Origin: a bacterium
Lineage (GTDB): Bacteria; Zhuqueibacterota; Zhuqueibacteria; Zhuqueibacterales; Zhuqueibacteraceae
Assembly (NCBI GenBank): GCA_044869275.1
Contig: JBIOXB010000163.1
Location: forward strand, 1 to 64,000
Reading direction: 5' to 3'
Length of the DNA: 64,000 nucleotides
Made by a program: the position numbers and the translations under genes. The notes under the pieces were generated by a model. It was not told the DNA's origin and ran no database searches. It was given only the letters and a program-made list of their open reading frames with translations. Shown in pieces: positions 1-8,728 of the stretch. The first letter of the stretch is position 1; every line of letters starts with the position of its first letter.

Positions 1-72
1 CGCCATCGGATTGAACGACCGCGAATCACGGAAATCCACAACGGCCAACGACGACTTCAACTTGCTTACTAG
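1..72 (+). CDS. C-terminal end of group II intron reverse transcriptase/maturase (partial)
   Basis: Frame 1 reads RHRIERPRITEIHNGQRRLQLAY*; a 'RPRI' tail just before DV is typical of maturase ends. Confidence 0.65.
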   Translation, partial: RHRIERPRITEIHNGQRRLQLAY

Positions 73-173
73 CCGGATTGCGGAAGCGAGTGTCTCTGAA
101 GAGCCCGGTGCGGGAAAACTGCACGCCGGGATCCGCGCAGGGGACGGCGGGTGACCGCCGTTCCTACTGCGAC
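1..173 (+). mobile_element. Group II intron, 3' end (end of IEP ORF, domain V, domain VI)
   Basis: DV GAGCCCGGTGCGGGAAAACTGCACGCCGGGATC (101-133, AGC triad, AC bulge); DVI stem ACGGCGG-GTGA-CCGCCGT with bulged A in TCCTACTGCG; ends ...GCGAC at 173. Confidence 0.88.
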
Positions 174-259
174 GAAGCTTTGGGTAAACTCCATCGAGGC
201 TAGCAGGTATCATTTGTCATCAATTCTCATGTGTATGATACGGTCATTGCCAAGATAAG

Positions 260-808
260 ATGACAGGTTATTCCGACAACGCAAAATCTAATCTTCGGTT
301 GAGACTAATTTCCGAAGTATTAGATGTTGTACGCCAAGCTCGCAGGCTCCCCTTTGTAGAACGCGTAGCTTTGATCGGCTCACTCACCACTGGCAAGGCA
401 AAACCCAAGGATGCAGATTTACTTGTCACGATTTCGGATAAATCAAATCTCGCGCCATTAGCAAAACTTGGGCGTAGATTTCTTGGCCATACTCAAAGTT
501 TTGGAAGCGGTGGTGAAATTTTTTTGTGCGATACTCGTGGAAAGTATCTTGGGCGAATTTGCCCTTGGAAACTCTGTAGACCTGGCATTCGCCTCAAATG
601 TGATGCGCTGAACTGCGGACGGTTTCCGTTTCTACACGACGATCTCAAAACTGTATCTCTTGAAGATGGACTCATTGCTGCTCCTCCTATTGAATTATCG
701 CCGAACATAATCTCAAGAGTCACAGTACCCAGAGATATTGAGCAACTTTTGATACTCGAATTGGGCGAGTTAACAGATGGGAGTCAAGATCGACAAAACC
801 AAAGTTAG
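260..808 (+). CDS. Pol-beta-like nucleotidyltransferase domain protein with Cys-rich C-terminal part; probable integron cassette gene
   Basis: ALIGSLTTG...KDADLLV (GS/DxD motif); AT-richer than its neighbours; attC follows. Confidence 0.75.
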   Translation: MTGYSDNAKSNLRLRLISEVLDVVRQARRLPFVERVALIGSLTTGKAKPKDADLLVTISDKSNLAPLAKLGRRFLGHTQSFGSGGEIFLCDTRGKYLGRICPWKLCRPGIRLKCDALNCGRFPFLHDDLKTVSLEDGLIAAPPIELSPNIISRVTVPRDIEQLLILELGELTDGSQDRQNQS

Positions 809-887
809 TGTAAAGGGGATTCAAATAGAATTCAATTTAACGCAACACAGAGGCAGTACCAGGTTCAACAGGCCAACCTCATCTTGC

Positions 888-1010
888 TTCTAACTTTGTT
901 TCCAGCGGACGGCGGAGCCGTGCCGTGAAGTCGATGATTTATGAATTTTAACAGCGGTGATTGTCCTGAATGACGTGGAAGCTGCGCCGCCGCTGAAACG
1001 CGCGTTGAGC
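888..1010 (+). mobile_element. Integron attC recombination site
   Basis: R'' TTCTAAC (888-894); R' GTTGAGC (1004-1010, GTTRRRY); L arms TTTcCAGCGGaCGGCG vs CGCCGCCGCTGAAA with two extrahelical bases. Confidence 0.75.
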
Positions 1011-1088
1011 AGAAGCCGGATTGGCGTCTTGGACAGAGAACTGAACGACTTGTCGGAAAACGAAAGAGGTAAATCCATATAAAAGCTC

Positions 1089-1184
1089 TTGAACACGGAT
1101 GACACTGATGCAACGGATTCTCGCGGATTTATAGTTTTTGTTTAATCCGTGTTAATCCGCTCAATCCGCGCCATCCGTGTTCAA
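1089..1184. repeat. Imperfect palindrome of ~9-bp units (ACGGAT.../...ATCCGT)
   Basis: TTGAACACGGATG ... CATCCGTGTTCAA arms with repeated ATCCG units. Confidence 0.75.
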
Positions 1185-1312
1185 AAACTGGCGAAGAAGC
1201 TTTCTAAAACCCCCCAATTTTGGTAGTATCGCCCACTTCTCCCATTTCTTAATTTCCTGCCTGAATTCTCCAGATCCAGTTCACCACATGAGATAAATCC
1301 AGAGAAAATGTC

Positions 1313-2542
1313 ATGATGCGCAGGAGTCTGTTTTTCAAGTTGGCCGTCGTCCTGACTTTCTTGTGCCTGCGCCCGGCTGCCGCGCAGTGGCTGGCTCAAA
1401 CCAGCGGGACCAATCAAACTCTTTTAGGCGTTTCTTTCTCCGGAGCCGACACGGGCACGGTTGTGGGCGTGAATGGCCTCATTTTGCGCACGCAGAATGG
1501 CGGGCGCAATTGGGTGAGCCAAAATAGTGGAACAACGCGCTTTTTGCGCAGTGTTCATTTTATCAATTCAAGCACTGGCACGGCCGTGGGAGAATCCGGG
1601 CTCATTTTGCGCACGCAGAATGGCGGCGTGAATTGGACGAGCCAAAACAGCGGGACGGCGAATACTTTCGTGCATGTGCATTTTGCCGATGCCAATACCG
1701 GTACGGCGGTCGGGCTCAATGGCACGATCGTGCGCACGAGTGACGGCGGCGAAGGCTGGATGAATCAAACCAGTGGCGTTGCGGTGGAACTTGCCGGGGT
1801 TCATTTTAGCGACGCCAATGCCGGCACGATCGTTGGATTCAGCGGAACGATTTTGCGCACCACAAACGGCGGTGCAAGTTGGACGCCCCAAAATAGCGGC
1901 GTGAGCAACGAGTTCCGCAGTGTTCATTTTGTGAATCGTGACACTGGCGTCGTGGTGGGCTACAATGGCGCCATTTTACGCACCACGAACGGCGGCACCA
2001 ACTGGGTGCGGCAGTCGAGCGACACGACGAGAAATCTTTTCTGCGTTTATGGCGTTGATGCGAATACCGCCATAGCGGTGGGCACAGGTGTGATTCTACG
2101 CACGGCAAACGGCGGCACTACCTGGCAAAGCCAGCCCAGTGTCGTGACTTCGGATCTTTACAGCGTGCATTTTTCGGACAGGAGCATTGGAACCGCGGTG
2201 GGGCAACAGGGGAGAATTCTGCGCACCACCAATGGCGGATCAACGGCAGTCGATGAGCCCGGCGCCCATGCACCGCAGGATTTCGAATTGGGGCAAAACT
2301 ATCCCAATCCTTTCAATCCCGCCACCGCAATTGGCTACCGCCTACCGCGCGCGGAGTTTGTTACCTTAAAAGTTTTTGATGTTCTGGGACGCGAATTGCT
2401 TACTTTGGTAAATGCGTTGCAGAACGCGGGTGATCATGAAATTATTCTCGAGGCTTCACAGCTTGCCGGCAGCGGCGTCTATTTTTTTCGCATGACCGCG
2501 GGCAGTTTCAGCCAAACGCGCAAGATGGTGCTGGCGCGTTGA
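1313..2542 (+). CDS. YCF48-related (BNR/Asp-box) beta-propeller secreted protein with T9SS-A-type C-terminal domain
   Basis: Signal peptide; seven repeats 'G.ILRT.NGG..W..Q.S'; QNYPNPFNP tail. Confidence 0.85.
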   Translation: MMRRSLFFKLAVVLTFLCLRPAAAQWLAQTSGTNQTLLGVSFSGADTGTVVGVNGLILRTQNGGRNWVSQNSGTTRFLRSVHFINSSTGTAVGESGLILRTQNGGVNWTSQNSGTANTFVHVHFADANTGTAVGLNGTIVRTSDGGEGWMNQTSGVAVELAGVHFSDANAGTIVGFSGTILRTTNGGASWTPQNSGVSNEFRSVHFVNRDTGVVVGYNGAILRTTNGGTNWVRQSSDTTRNLFCVYGVDANTAIAVGTGVILRTANGGTTWQSQPSVVTSDLYSVHFSDRSIGTAVGQQGRILRTTNGGSTAVDEPGAHAPQDFELGQNYPNPFNPATAIGYRLPRAEFVTLKVFDVLGRELLTLVNALQNAGDHEIILEASQLAGSGVYFFRMTAGSFSQTRKMVLAR

Positions 2543-2575
2543 GATCTTCGCAATGAATATCAGGGTTAGGGAAAG

Positions 2576-4354
2576 ATGAAACCTACGAAGAAAGGCTCAG
2601 GATTCGCCGTATGGATAGCGGCAACACATATTCTCGCGGCAATATGTGAAGGGCAGGTCCTCACCAAAGTCGTTGACCCTGCCAATCCCGTGGTCAATGA
2701 TACTTATAACAGCGGCGGCGGAAGCTGGATCGACGTGAATAACGATGGATTCTTGGATTTGTTTGTGGCGCACGGCAACGATGCCAGCCAAAACAATTCG
2801 TTGTACCTCAACAATAAAAATGGCGGCTTCATTAAAATACGGACCGGCGCCATTGTGAATGACGGAGGCACTTCGATAGGAAGCACGTGGGGAGATTATG
2901 ACCATGACGGCATGCTCGATGTGTTTGTCACCAACCGTTTCAACTTCGGCAATTTTTTGTATCGCGGCCAGGGCGATACGGCTTTTACAAAAATCAGCGC
3001 GGGCCCCATCGTTACGGATATCGCCAGCTCCAACAGTGGCAGCTGGGTTGACGTGGATAACGATGGCGATTTGGATCTTTTTGCCGTCAATTTTGGTGCG
3101 CAAAATTTTCTTTATCGCAACAGCGGCGCGCCGGATTATGCTTTTGTCAAAATAGACACGGGGCTGGTTTTGACGAACGGCGGCAACGCGATTTCCGGCG
3201 CCTGGGCAGATTACGACAATGACCGTGATCCCGATCTCTTCATTGCCAACGGCGCCAATGAGAACGATTATCTCTTGACCAATTCCGGTCAAGGCAGTTT
3301 CACGCGAGAAATTCTAACTGACGCCAGAAGTACTTTGGGCGCCAGTTGGGGGGATTATGACAACGATGGCGACTTGGATTTGTTTGCCACCAATTTTTTG
3401 AATCAAAATAACATGCTTTATAGAAATAACGGCGCACCAGATTTTGTTTTGATCAGGGTTGACACGGGCATCGTTGCCAATGATGGCGGCAGCTCGGTTG
3501 GCAGCGCCTGGGGAGATTACGATAATGACGGCGACCTCGATCTTTTCGTGTCCAACGATCGCGCCGGCGGCGGGTCGGGCAGAAATTTTCTATATGAAAA
3601 CAGCGGGCCGCCCCATTACAGTTTTGTCAAAATGACGGCCGGCGAGGCCGTCAACGACATCGGCAATTCCTTCGGCTGCAGCTGGGCGGACTACGATCGC
3701 GACGGCGATTTGGATTTGTTTGTCGCCAATCGGTTAAATCAAAAGAACTTTTTATACCGCAACCAAGGCAACAGCAATCACTGGATCGAGATCAAATGCG
3801 TGGGAACCTTCTCCAATCGCACAGGGCTCGGCGCTAAAGTCAGAATTAAAGCCGTCCTCAACGGCGCGGCGCGCTGGCAAATGCAGGAAGTGGTGGCGCA
3901 ATCCGGTTACAATAGCCAAAATTTGAATTTGCATTTCGGGCTCGGCGATGCCGTGATCATTGATTCGATTCGAGTGGAGTGGCCTTTGGGCACAACCACT
4001 ATTTTTACCGGAGTTGCCGGGAACCAATGGATTACAATCGATGAAAATGGCATATTGAATTCGGTGCTTGAAAATCGGCTATTGCCGGAACAATTTATCT
4101 TGGAGCAAAACTACCCCAATCCTTTCAATCCGAGCACGAGAATTCGCTATCGTTTGCTGCGCGCACAATTTGTTTCGCTCAAAATCTTCGACCTTCTCGG
4201 CCACGAAGTCGCAACGCCGGTGCACCACCTGCAAGCCGCGGGAGAGCATGAAATCATTTTCGATGCTTCGTTTCTGCCCGTGAGTGGAATTTATTTCTAC
4301 CGGATTACGGCAGGCGCTCATAACTTCAGCAAGAAGATGCTATTCACAAAATGA
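2576..4354 (+). CDS. CRTAC1-family FG-GAP repeat + ASPIC/UnbV protein with T9SS-A-type tail
   Basis: Repeated WGDYDNDGDLDLF motifs; 'LHFGLG...IRVEWP' ASPIC; QNYPNPFNP. Confidence 0.88.
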   Translation: MKPTKKGSGFAVWIAATHILAAICEGQVLTKVVDPANPVVNDTYNSGGGSWIDVNNDGFLDLFVAHGNDASQNNSLYLNNKNGGFIKIRTGAIVNDGGTSIGSTWGDYDHDGMLDVFVTNRFNFGNFLYRGQGDTAFTKISAGPIVTDIASSNSGSWVDVDNDGDLDLFAVNFGAQNFLYRNSGAPDYAFVKIDTGLVLTNGGNAISGAWADYDNDRDPDLFIANGANENDYLLTNSGQGSFTREILTDARSTLGASWGDYDNDGDLDLFATNFLNQNNMLYRNNGAPDFVLIRVDTGIVANDGGSSVGSAWGDYDNDGDLDLFVSNDRAGGGSGRNFLYENSGPPHYSFVKMTAGEAVNDIGNSFGCSWADYDRDGDLDLFVANRLNQKNFLYRNQGNSNHWIEIKCVGTFSNRTGLGAKVRIKAVLNGAARWQMQEVVAQSGYNSQNLNLHFGLGDAVIIDSIRVEWPLGTTTIFTGVAGNQWITIDENGILNSVLENRLLPEQFILEQNYPNPFNPSTRIRYRLLRAQFVSLKIFDLLGHEVATPVHHLQAAGEHEIIFDASFLPVSGIYFYRITAGAHNFSKKMLFTK

Positions 4355-5742
4355 AGCCCCTGGTGACGAAAATTGCCTTTGCCTGCGTGCTAATGCTGAG
4401 CGCCATGATGTGTGGCTGCTCGCATTCCACCGAAGCGCAAGACCAGCCGCAAACACCGGACGAAGAATTGCCGGTGGCTGAAGCCGTGGGTGTGATTGCT
4501 TTTGTCAATGTCAATCTCGTGCCGATGACGGAAGCAGACATGGTGCCGGCCCAAACCGTCATCGTGCGCCACGGAAAAATTGCGGAGATCGGCCCGGCGC
4601 GCGAAATCGCGGTGCCAGAGGAGGCGGTGATTATCAACGGCGCAGAAAAGTATTTAATGCCGGGCCTGGCGGACATGCACACACACATCTATTTTCAAGA
4701 AGATCTTCTGCTCTATGTTGCCAATGGCGTGACCACCGTGTTGAACATGGGCAGCCCTGCGGGCATCTTGCAATTTCGCGCCGAGATTGCGAGTGGGCAG
4801 CGATTGGGCCCCACGATTTTTGCGAGCGCTTTTGTCGATGGGGAGGGCAATCGCGGCTGGATTGTGCGCACACCCGCAGAAGCGCGAACCGGCGTTCGTG
4901 ATATTAAAAGAATGGGCTGGGATTTCATTAAAGCTTACAACAGTATCCCGACTGAAGCTTATCTGGCTTTGCTGGAGGAAGCTAAGCAGCAAGGCCTCGC
5001 CGTGATCGGCCATGGCGTGCGCGCCCCCGGCATGTCAGGCATTTTGCAGGCGGGGCAAGTCATGATCGCGCATGCGGAAGAGTATCTTTATACGCATTTC
5101 CGCAACGGCCGCGATCCCACCCTCATTTCCCCCGCAATCGAAATGACGCGGAAGGCCGGCGCTTACGTAACGCCGACGCTCTCCGCCTACGAAATCATCA
5201 TGAAGCAATGGGGCAATCCCCCAGGCTTGGAAGAGCTGTTGGCCAGGCCGGAGATCAAATATGTTCCTCCCAGCCGGGTACAGCAGTGGCGCACTTCGAG
5301 CCCTTACTTCAATCGCACCGGAAGCCTGCAGCCCGCGTATGAGTTTCAAAAAAAGTTTATCAAGGATTTTCATGACGCCGGCATTCCGCTGTTGCTGGGC
5401 ACGGACTCGGCCGGCGATCCCGGTATACCGGGCATGATTCCCGGATTCGGTATTCACGACGATTTGCGCAACTTGGTGGCCACCGGGCTGCGGCCCTCTG
5501 AAGCGATCAAAGCCGGCACGCGCAATGCCGGCGAATTTATTGGGAAATATGTTTCCGGCGTGGAGCCATTCGGAACGATTGAAACCGGCAAGCGTGCAGA
5601 TTTGATTTTGCTCACGGCGAATCCATTGACTGACGTTGCCAACGTCGCCAAGCGCGCCGGCGTGATGGTCCACGGGCGCTGGCTTGCGGAAAGGAAATTA
5701 AAGCAAATGCTCGAGGAACTTGCCAGGTCTTGGGGGAATTAG
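4351..5742 (+). CDS. Amidohydrolase family protein (probable lipoprotein)
   Basis: MPGLADMHTH (HxH), LLLGTDS, G.IETGKRADLILL motifs; N-terminal signal with Cys. Confidence 0.85.
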   Translation: MKPLVTKIAFACVLMLSAMMCGCSHSTEAQDQPQTPDEELPVAEAVGVIAFVNVNLVPMTEADMVPAQTVIVRHGKIAEIGPAREIAVPEEAVIINGAEKYLMPGLADMHTHIYFQEDLLLYVANGVTTVLNMGSPAGILQFRAEIASGQRLGPTIFASAFVDGEGNRGWIVRTPAEARTGVRDIKRMGWDFIKAYNSIPTEAYLALLEEAKQQGLAVIGHGVRAPGMSGILQAGQVMIAHAEEYLYTHFRNGRDPTLISPAIEMTRKAGAYVTPTLSAYEIIMKQWGNPPGLEELLARPEIKYVPPSRVQQWRTSSPYFNRTGSLQPAYEFQKKFIKDFHDAGIPLLLGTDSAGDPGIPGMIPGFGIHDDLRNLVATGLRPSEAIKAGTRNAGEFIGKYVSGVEPFGTIETGKRADLILLTANPLTDVANVAKRAGVMVHGRWLAERKLKQMLEELARSWGN

Positions 5743-5894
5743 CTTGACAATGTTAAGTTAAAATCGCGCCCTCTCAATTTGTCATCCCGAAGCTTCGGGA
5801 TCTTCCCTAGGTTTGTGTGCAAGCCTCTTGGGAAGATTCCTACGGAATGACAAAGACTAGGGGCATTTTTAGCCAACTTAACATTGTCAAGCTA
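5740..5894. mobile_element. MITE with 20-bp perfect TIRs enclosing a REP-like hairpin
   Basis: TAGCTTGACAATGTTAAGTT ... AACTTAACATTGTCAAGCTA; inner TGTCAT...GAATGACA element at 5780-5852. Confidence 0.75.
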
Positions 5895-6044
5895 ATAAGC
5901 AATCGCGAATAGCATGACATTGTCAAGATAGGGCATTCTCAAAACCACCTGATCGGGTGATGGCAGGACTCGTGAAAAACCCTTTTATTCCGCCTCGTCA
6001 CTATTCTGTGCAATTGTACCATCACCTTGCAATGGAGGCGGAGC

Positions 6045-7928
6045 ATGTCGCATCTTTCTACAGGCTTTCAATCAAGGGTAAACTCGCGCGCACGGCGAAA
6101 CAAGAAGGCGGGTCACCGGCTTGGGATTCTGGCGATCCTTTTTTCCGGCTCTGCTCTGGCGCAATCCTTCGCCAAGATCACTGATCCCGCCAATCCCATC
6201 ACGATCAACGAGGCCGGCACCAACGGCTATGTGGGCGCAAGCTGGGTGGATTACAATAACGACGGCAGACTGGATTTGTTCGCCAATCGCCGCTTTCTCT
6301 ATCGCAACGAGGGCAACGGCGCCTTCACCAGAATTGCCAGCGGCATCGGCGCGAATCAGATTCAAACCATCGGCAGCGGCAACAGTTGGGCGGATTATGA
6401 TAATGACGGCGATCTGGATTGTTTTTATTCCGGCCGCACTTCGCGGCTGTATCGCAACAATGGCGATGATACATTCACGCCTCTCAACGCCGGCGATATC
6501 GGTGAACTCGGCGACAGCACGGCCACGCGCGGCTGGGCTTGCGCCTGGGCGGATTATGACAACGACGGCAATGTGGATTTGGTGATTACGCATCCGAACG
6601 GCTTCGTCGGCATGGATTTGCCGGGCACGACGAATCATTTGTTTCAGAATGACGGCCCGCCTAATTACACCTTTACACGCATCACCGGCAACCCGATCGT
6701 CACCGGCCTTGCGCCTTACACGGTCGCAACCTGGTCGGACTATGACGATGACGGCGATGTTGATTTATTCATTGGCAGTGGCCCAGCCAGCCCCATTCCG
6801 GCGGTGGACTATCTTTATCGCAATACTTTGAAAGAAACCGGCACAGCCGGCTTTGCGCGCATTACCACGGCGCCGCTTGCAACCGATCTGGTTGATGGCC
6901 AGGTCTGGAACTGGATTGATTATGATAATGACGGCGACCTCGACGCTTATCTCACCAACTACGGCGGTGGCTTGTCGCCGCAAGGTTTGCAGAACAATTT
7001 GTATCGTAACGACAACGGCAGTTTCGTGCGCATGACCGGCGCACAAGCTGGAAGCATCGTTACGGATAGAGACATATCGCTGGCCAACATTTGGGGCGAC
7101 TTCGACAACGACGGCGATTTGGATGTTTTGGTCACGCAAGATACCGGCTTTACCACACGCTATTATCAAAATAACGGTGATGGCACTTTCACAAGAGTAA
7201 ATGCCGGCGTCTTGACCTCGGGAACTGACCAGCACCCCGGCGCCACCGCAGGGGATTATGACAGAGACGGCGATTTGGATCTTTATGTTGCCGGCGTGGG
7301 CGCGGTCAAGGCATTGTATCGCAACGATCTCAACAACGGCCATCACTGGGTCAACATTCTTTGCGTGGGCAAAGCGTCGAATCGTGCAGGCATTGGCGCC
7401 AAAGTGCGAGCGCGAGCCACGATCGGCGGCAAAGCGGTTTGGCAGCGCCGTGAGGTTTCCAGCCAAAACAGTTTCAACGGTCACAATATGCTGAATGTGC
7501 ATTTCGGCTTGGGCGAGGCGGCTGCCATCGACTCATTGAAGTTGACGTGGCCTTCGGGAATGGTGGATACCTACACCAACGTTGCGGCAGATAGATTCTT
7601 GGTCGCCAAAGAAGGCGAAAGCCTCACGACAGGAGTAGAGGAGCGATCGGCAAAGCCGCCAGCCGCATTCAATTTGGAACAGAACTATCCGAATCCTTTC
7701 AATCCTTCCACGACCATTCATTTCAGCTTGCCGGCCGCGCACTTGGTCACCCTGCAAGTGTTTGACACGTTGGGCCGTGAGATCGCTACTTTGATAAATG
7801 AGCGCAAGCCCGCCGGCGAGCATGACGTGCGTTTTGACGCTTCCCTACTCCCCGGCAGTGGAGTTTATCTGTATCGCCTCAGTTTCGGCGATTTCAGCAC
7901 GAGCAGAAAAATGCTTTTCATTAAATAA
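6045..7928 (+). CDS. CRTAC1-family FG-GAP + ASPIC/UnbV protein with T9SS-A-type tail
   Basis: DYDNDGDLD repeats; VHFGLG..LTWPSG; QNYPNPFNP; GGAGG before ATG 6045. Confidence 0.88.
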   Translation: MSHLSTGFQSRVNSRARRNKKAGHRLGILAILFSGSALAQSFAKITDPANPITINEAGTNGYVGASWVDYNNDGRLDLFANRRFLYRNEGNGAFTRIASGIGANQIQTIGSGNSWADYDNDGDLDCFYSGRTSRLYRNNGDDTFTPLNAGDIGELGDSTATRGWACAWADYDNDGNVDLVITHPNGFVGMDLPGTTNHLFQNDGPPNYTFTRITGNPIVTGLAPYTVATWSDYDDDGDVDLFIGSGPASPIPAVDYLYRNTLKETGTAGFARITTAPLATDLVDGQVWNWIDYDNDGDLDAYLTNYGGGLSPQGLQNNLYRNDNGSFVRMTGAQAGSIVTDRDISLANIWGDFDNDGDLDVLVTQDTGFTTRYYQNNGDGTFTRVNAGVLTSGTDQHPGATAGDYDRDGDLDLYVAGVGAVKALYRNDLNNGHHWVNILCVGKASNRAGIGAKVRARATIGGKAVWQRREVSSQNSFNGHNMLNVHFGLGEAAAIDSLKLTWPSGMVDTYTNVAADRFLVAKEGESLTTGVEERSAKPPAAFNLEQNYPNPFNPSTTIHFSLPAAHLVTLQVFDTLGREIATLINERKPAGEHDVRFDASLLPGSGVYLYRLSFGDFSTSRKMLFIK

Positions 7929-7972
7929 GGAGATGATAAGATGAGAGTAATATTTTTGTCGCGAGGCGTTCG

Positions 7973-8503
7973 ATGAGTTTTCATGCACACATGTTTGCAT
8001 TCGCCGTGGGATTGATGATTTACAATGACCCGGCTTGGGTACGGCAAGTCTTGATGGAAGTGGAAGACGCAAAGCCTTGTTCCTCCACGCAAGCCAGAGA
8101 ATTCGATTTTTGGCTGGGTGAGTGGGAGGTGAGCGCTAAAGGCAAGCTCGCGGGCAGCAACAAAATCTCTCGCGCCGCCGGCGACTGTGCGCTGTTGGAA
8201 GAATATCAAAGCCAAAGCGGTTATTCCGGCAAGAGTTTGAACTTCTTCAATGCTGAGCTGGGCAAATGGCAACAAGTCTGGGTGGGCAGCGCCGGCGATA
8301 TTCTCGTGCTCACGGGCGAATACCAAACCGGCAAAATGATCCTTGCAGGCCAGACCACGCAAGACGGAAAGACAGTGGAAAACCGCATCACTTGGTTCAA
8401 CAATGCCTCCGCCGGTACGGTGCGTCAGCTTTGGGAAAGCTCAAAGGATGCGGGCAAAACCTGGGAAACTGTTTTCGACGGGCTTTATAGCAAGAAGAAA
8501 TAG
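7973..8503 (+). CDS. Conserved hypothetical protein (FDFWLGEW beta-barrel, DUF1579-like)
   Basis: FDFWLGEWEV...GKSLNFF...WQQVWV...VRQLWESS.D.GKTW pattern. Confidence 0.7.
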   Translation: MSFHAHMFAFAVGLMIYNDPAWVRQVLMEVEDAKPCSSTQAREFDFWLGEWEVSAKGKLAGSNKISRAAGDCALLEEYQSQSGYSGKSLNFFNAELGKWQQVWVGSAGDILVLTGEYQTGKMILAGQTTQDGKTVENRITWFNNASAGTVRQLWESSKDAGKTWETVFDGLYSKKK

Positions 8504-8728
8504 CTGGCGTTTTCGGCGCCGCAGACGGCTATAACTCGGATAGTTTGCGGCGTCGTCTCGCCTCAGTCGCCACGCCCTCGCTCTTCCTCCGCAGCGCTGC
8601 CTACGGCACGAGTGAACGTTCTTCAAATCTGCGCCGTCTTCATAGCATGGCGATAGTGTTCACTACCGCATGGTTGCCAACATCATTTGCATGATTATCG
8701 AGTGCCCAAACGGGCATGGACAATTACC

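Noticed and set aside
1..2542. Diversity-generating retroelement or retron interpretation of the RT end
   Set aside because: The RT end is followed by canonical group II DV/DVI, and no TR/VR pair with A-specific mismatches was seen.
8520..8660. Possible second attC (CTATAAC...) upstream of the metallopeptidase
   Set aside because: No matching GTTRRRY end or L-box pairing could be found.
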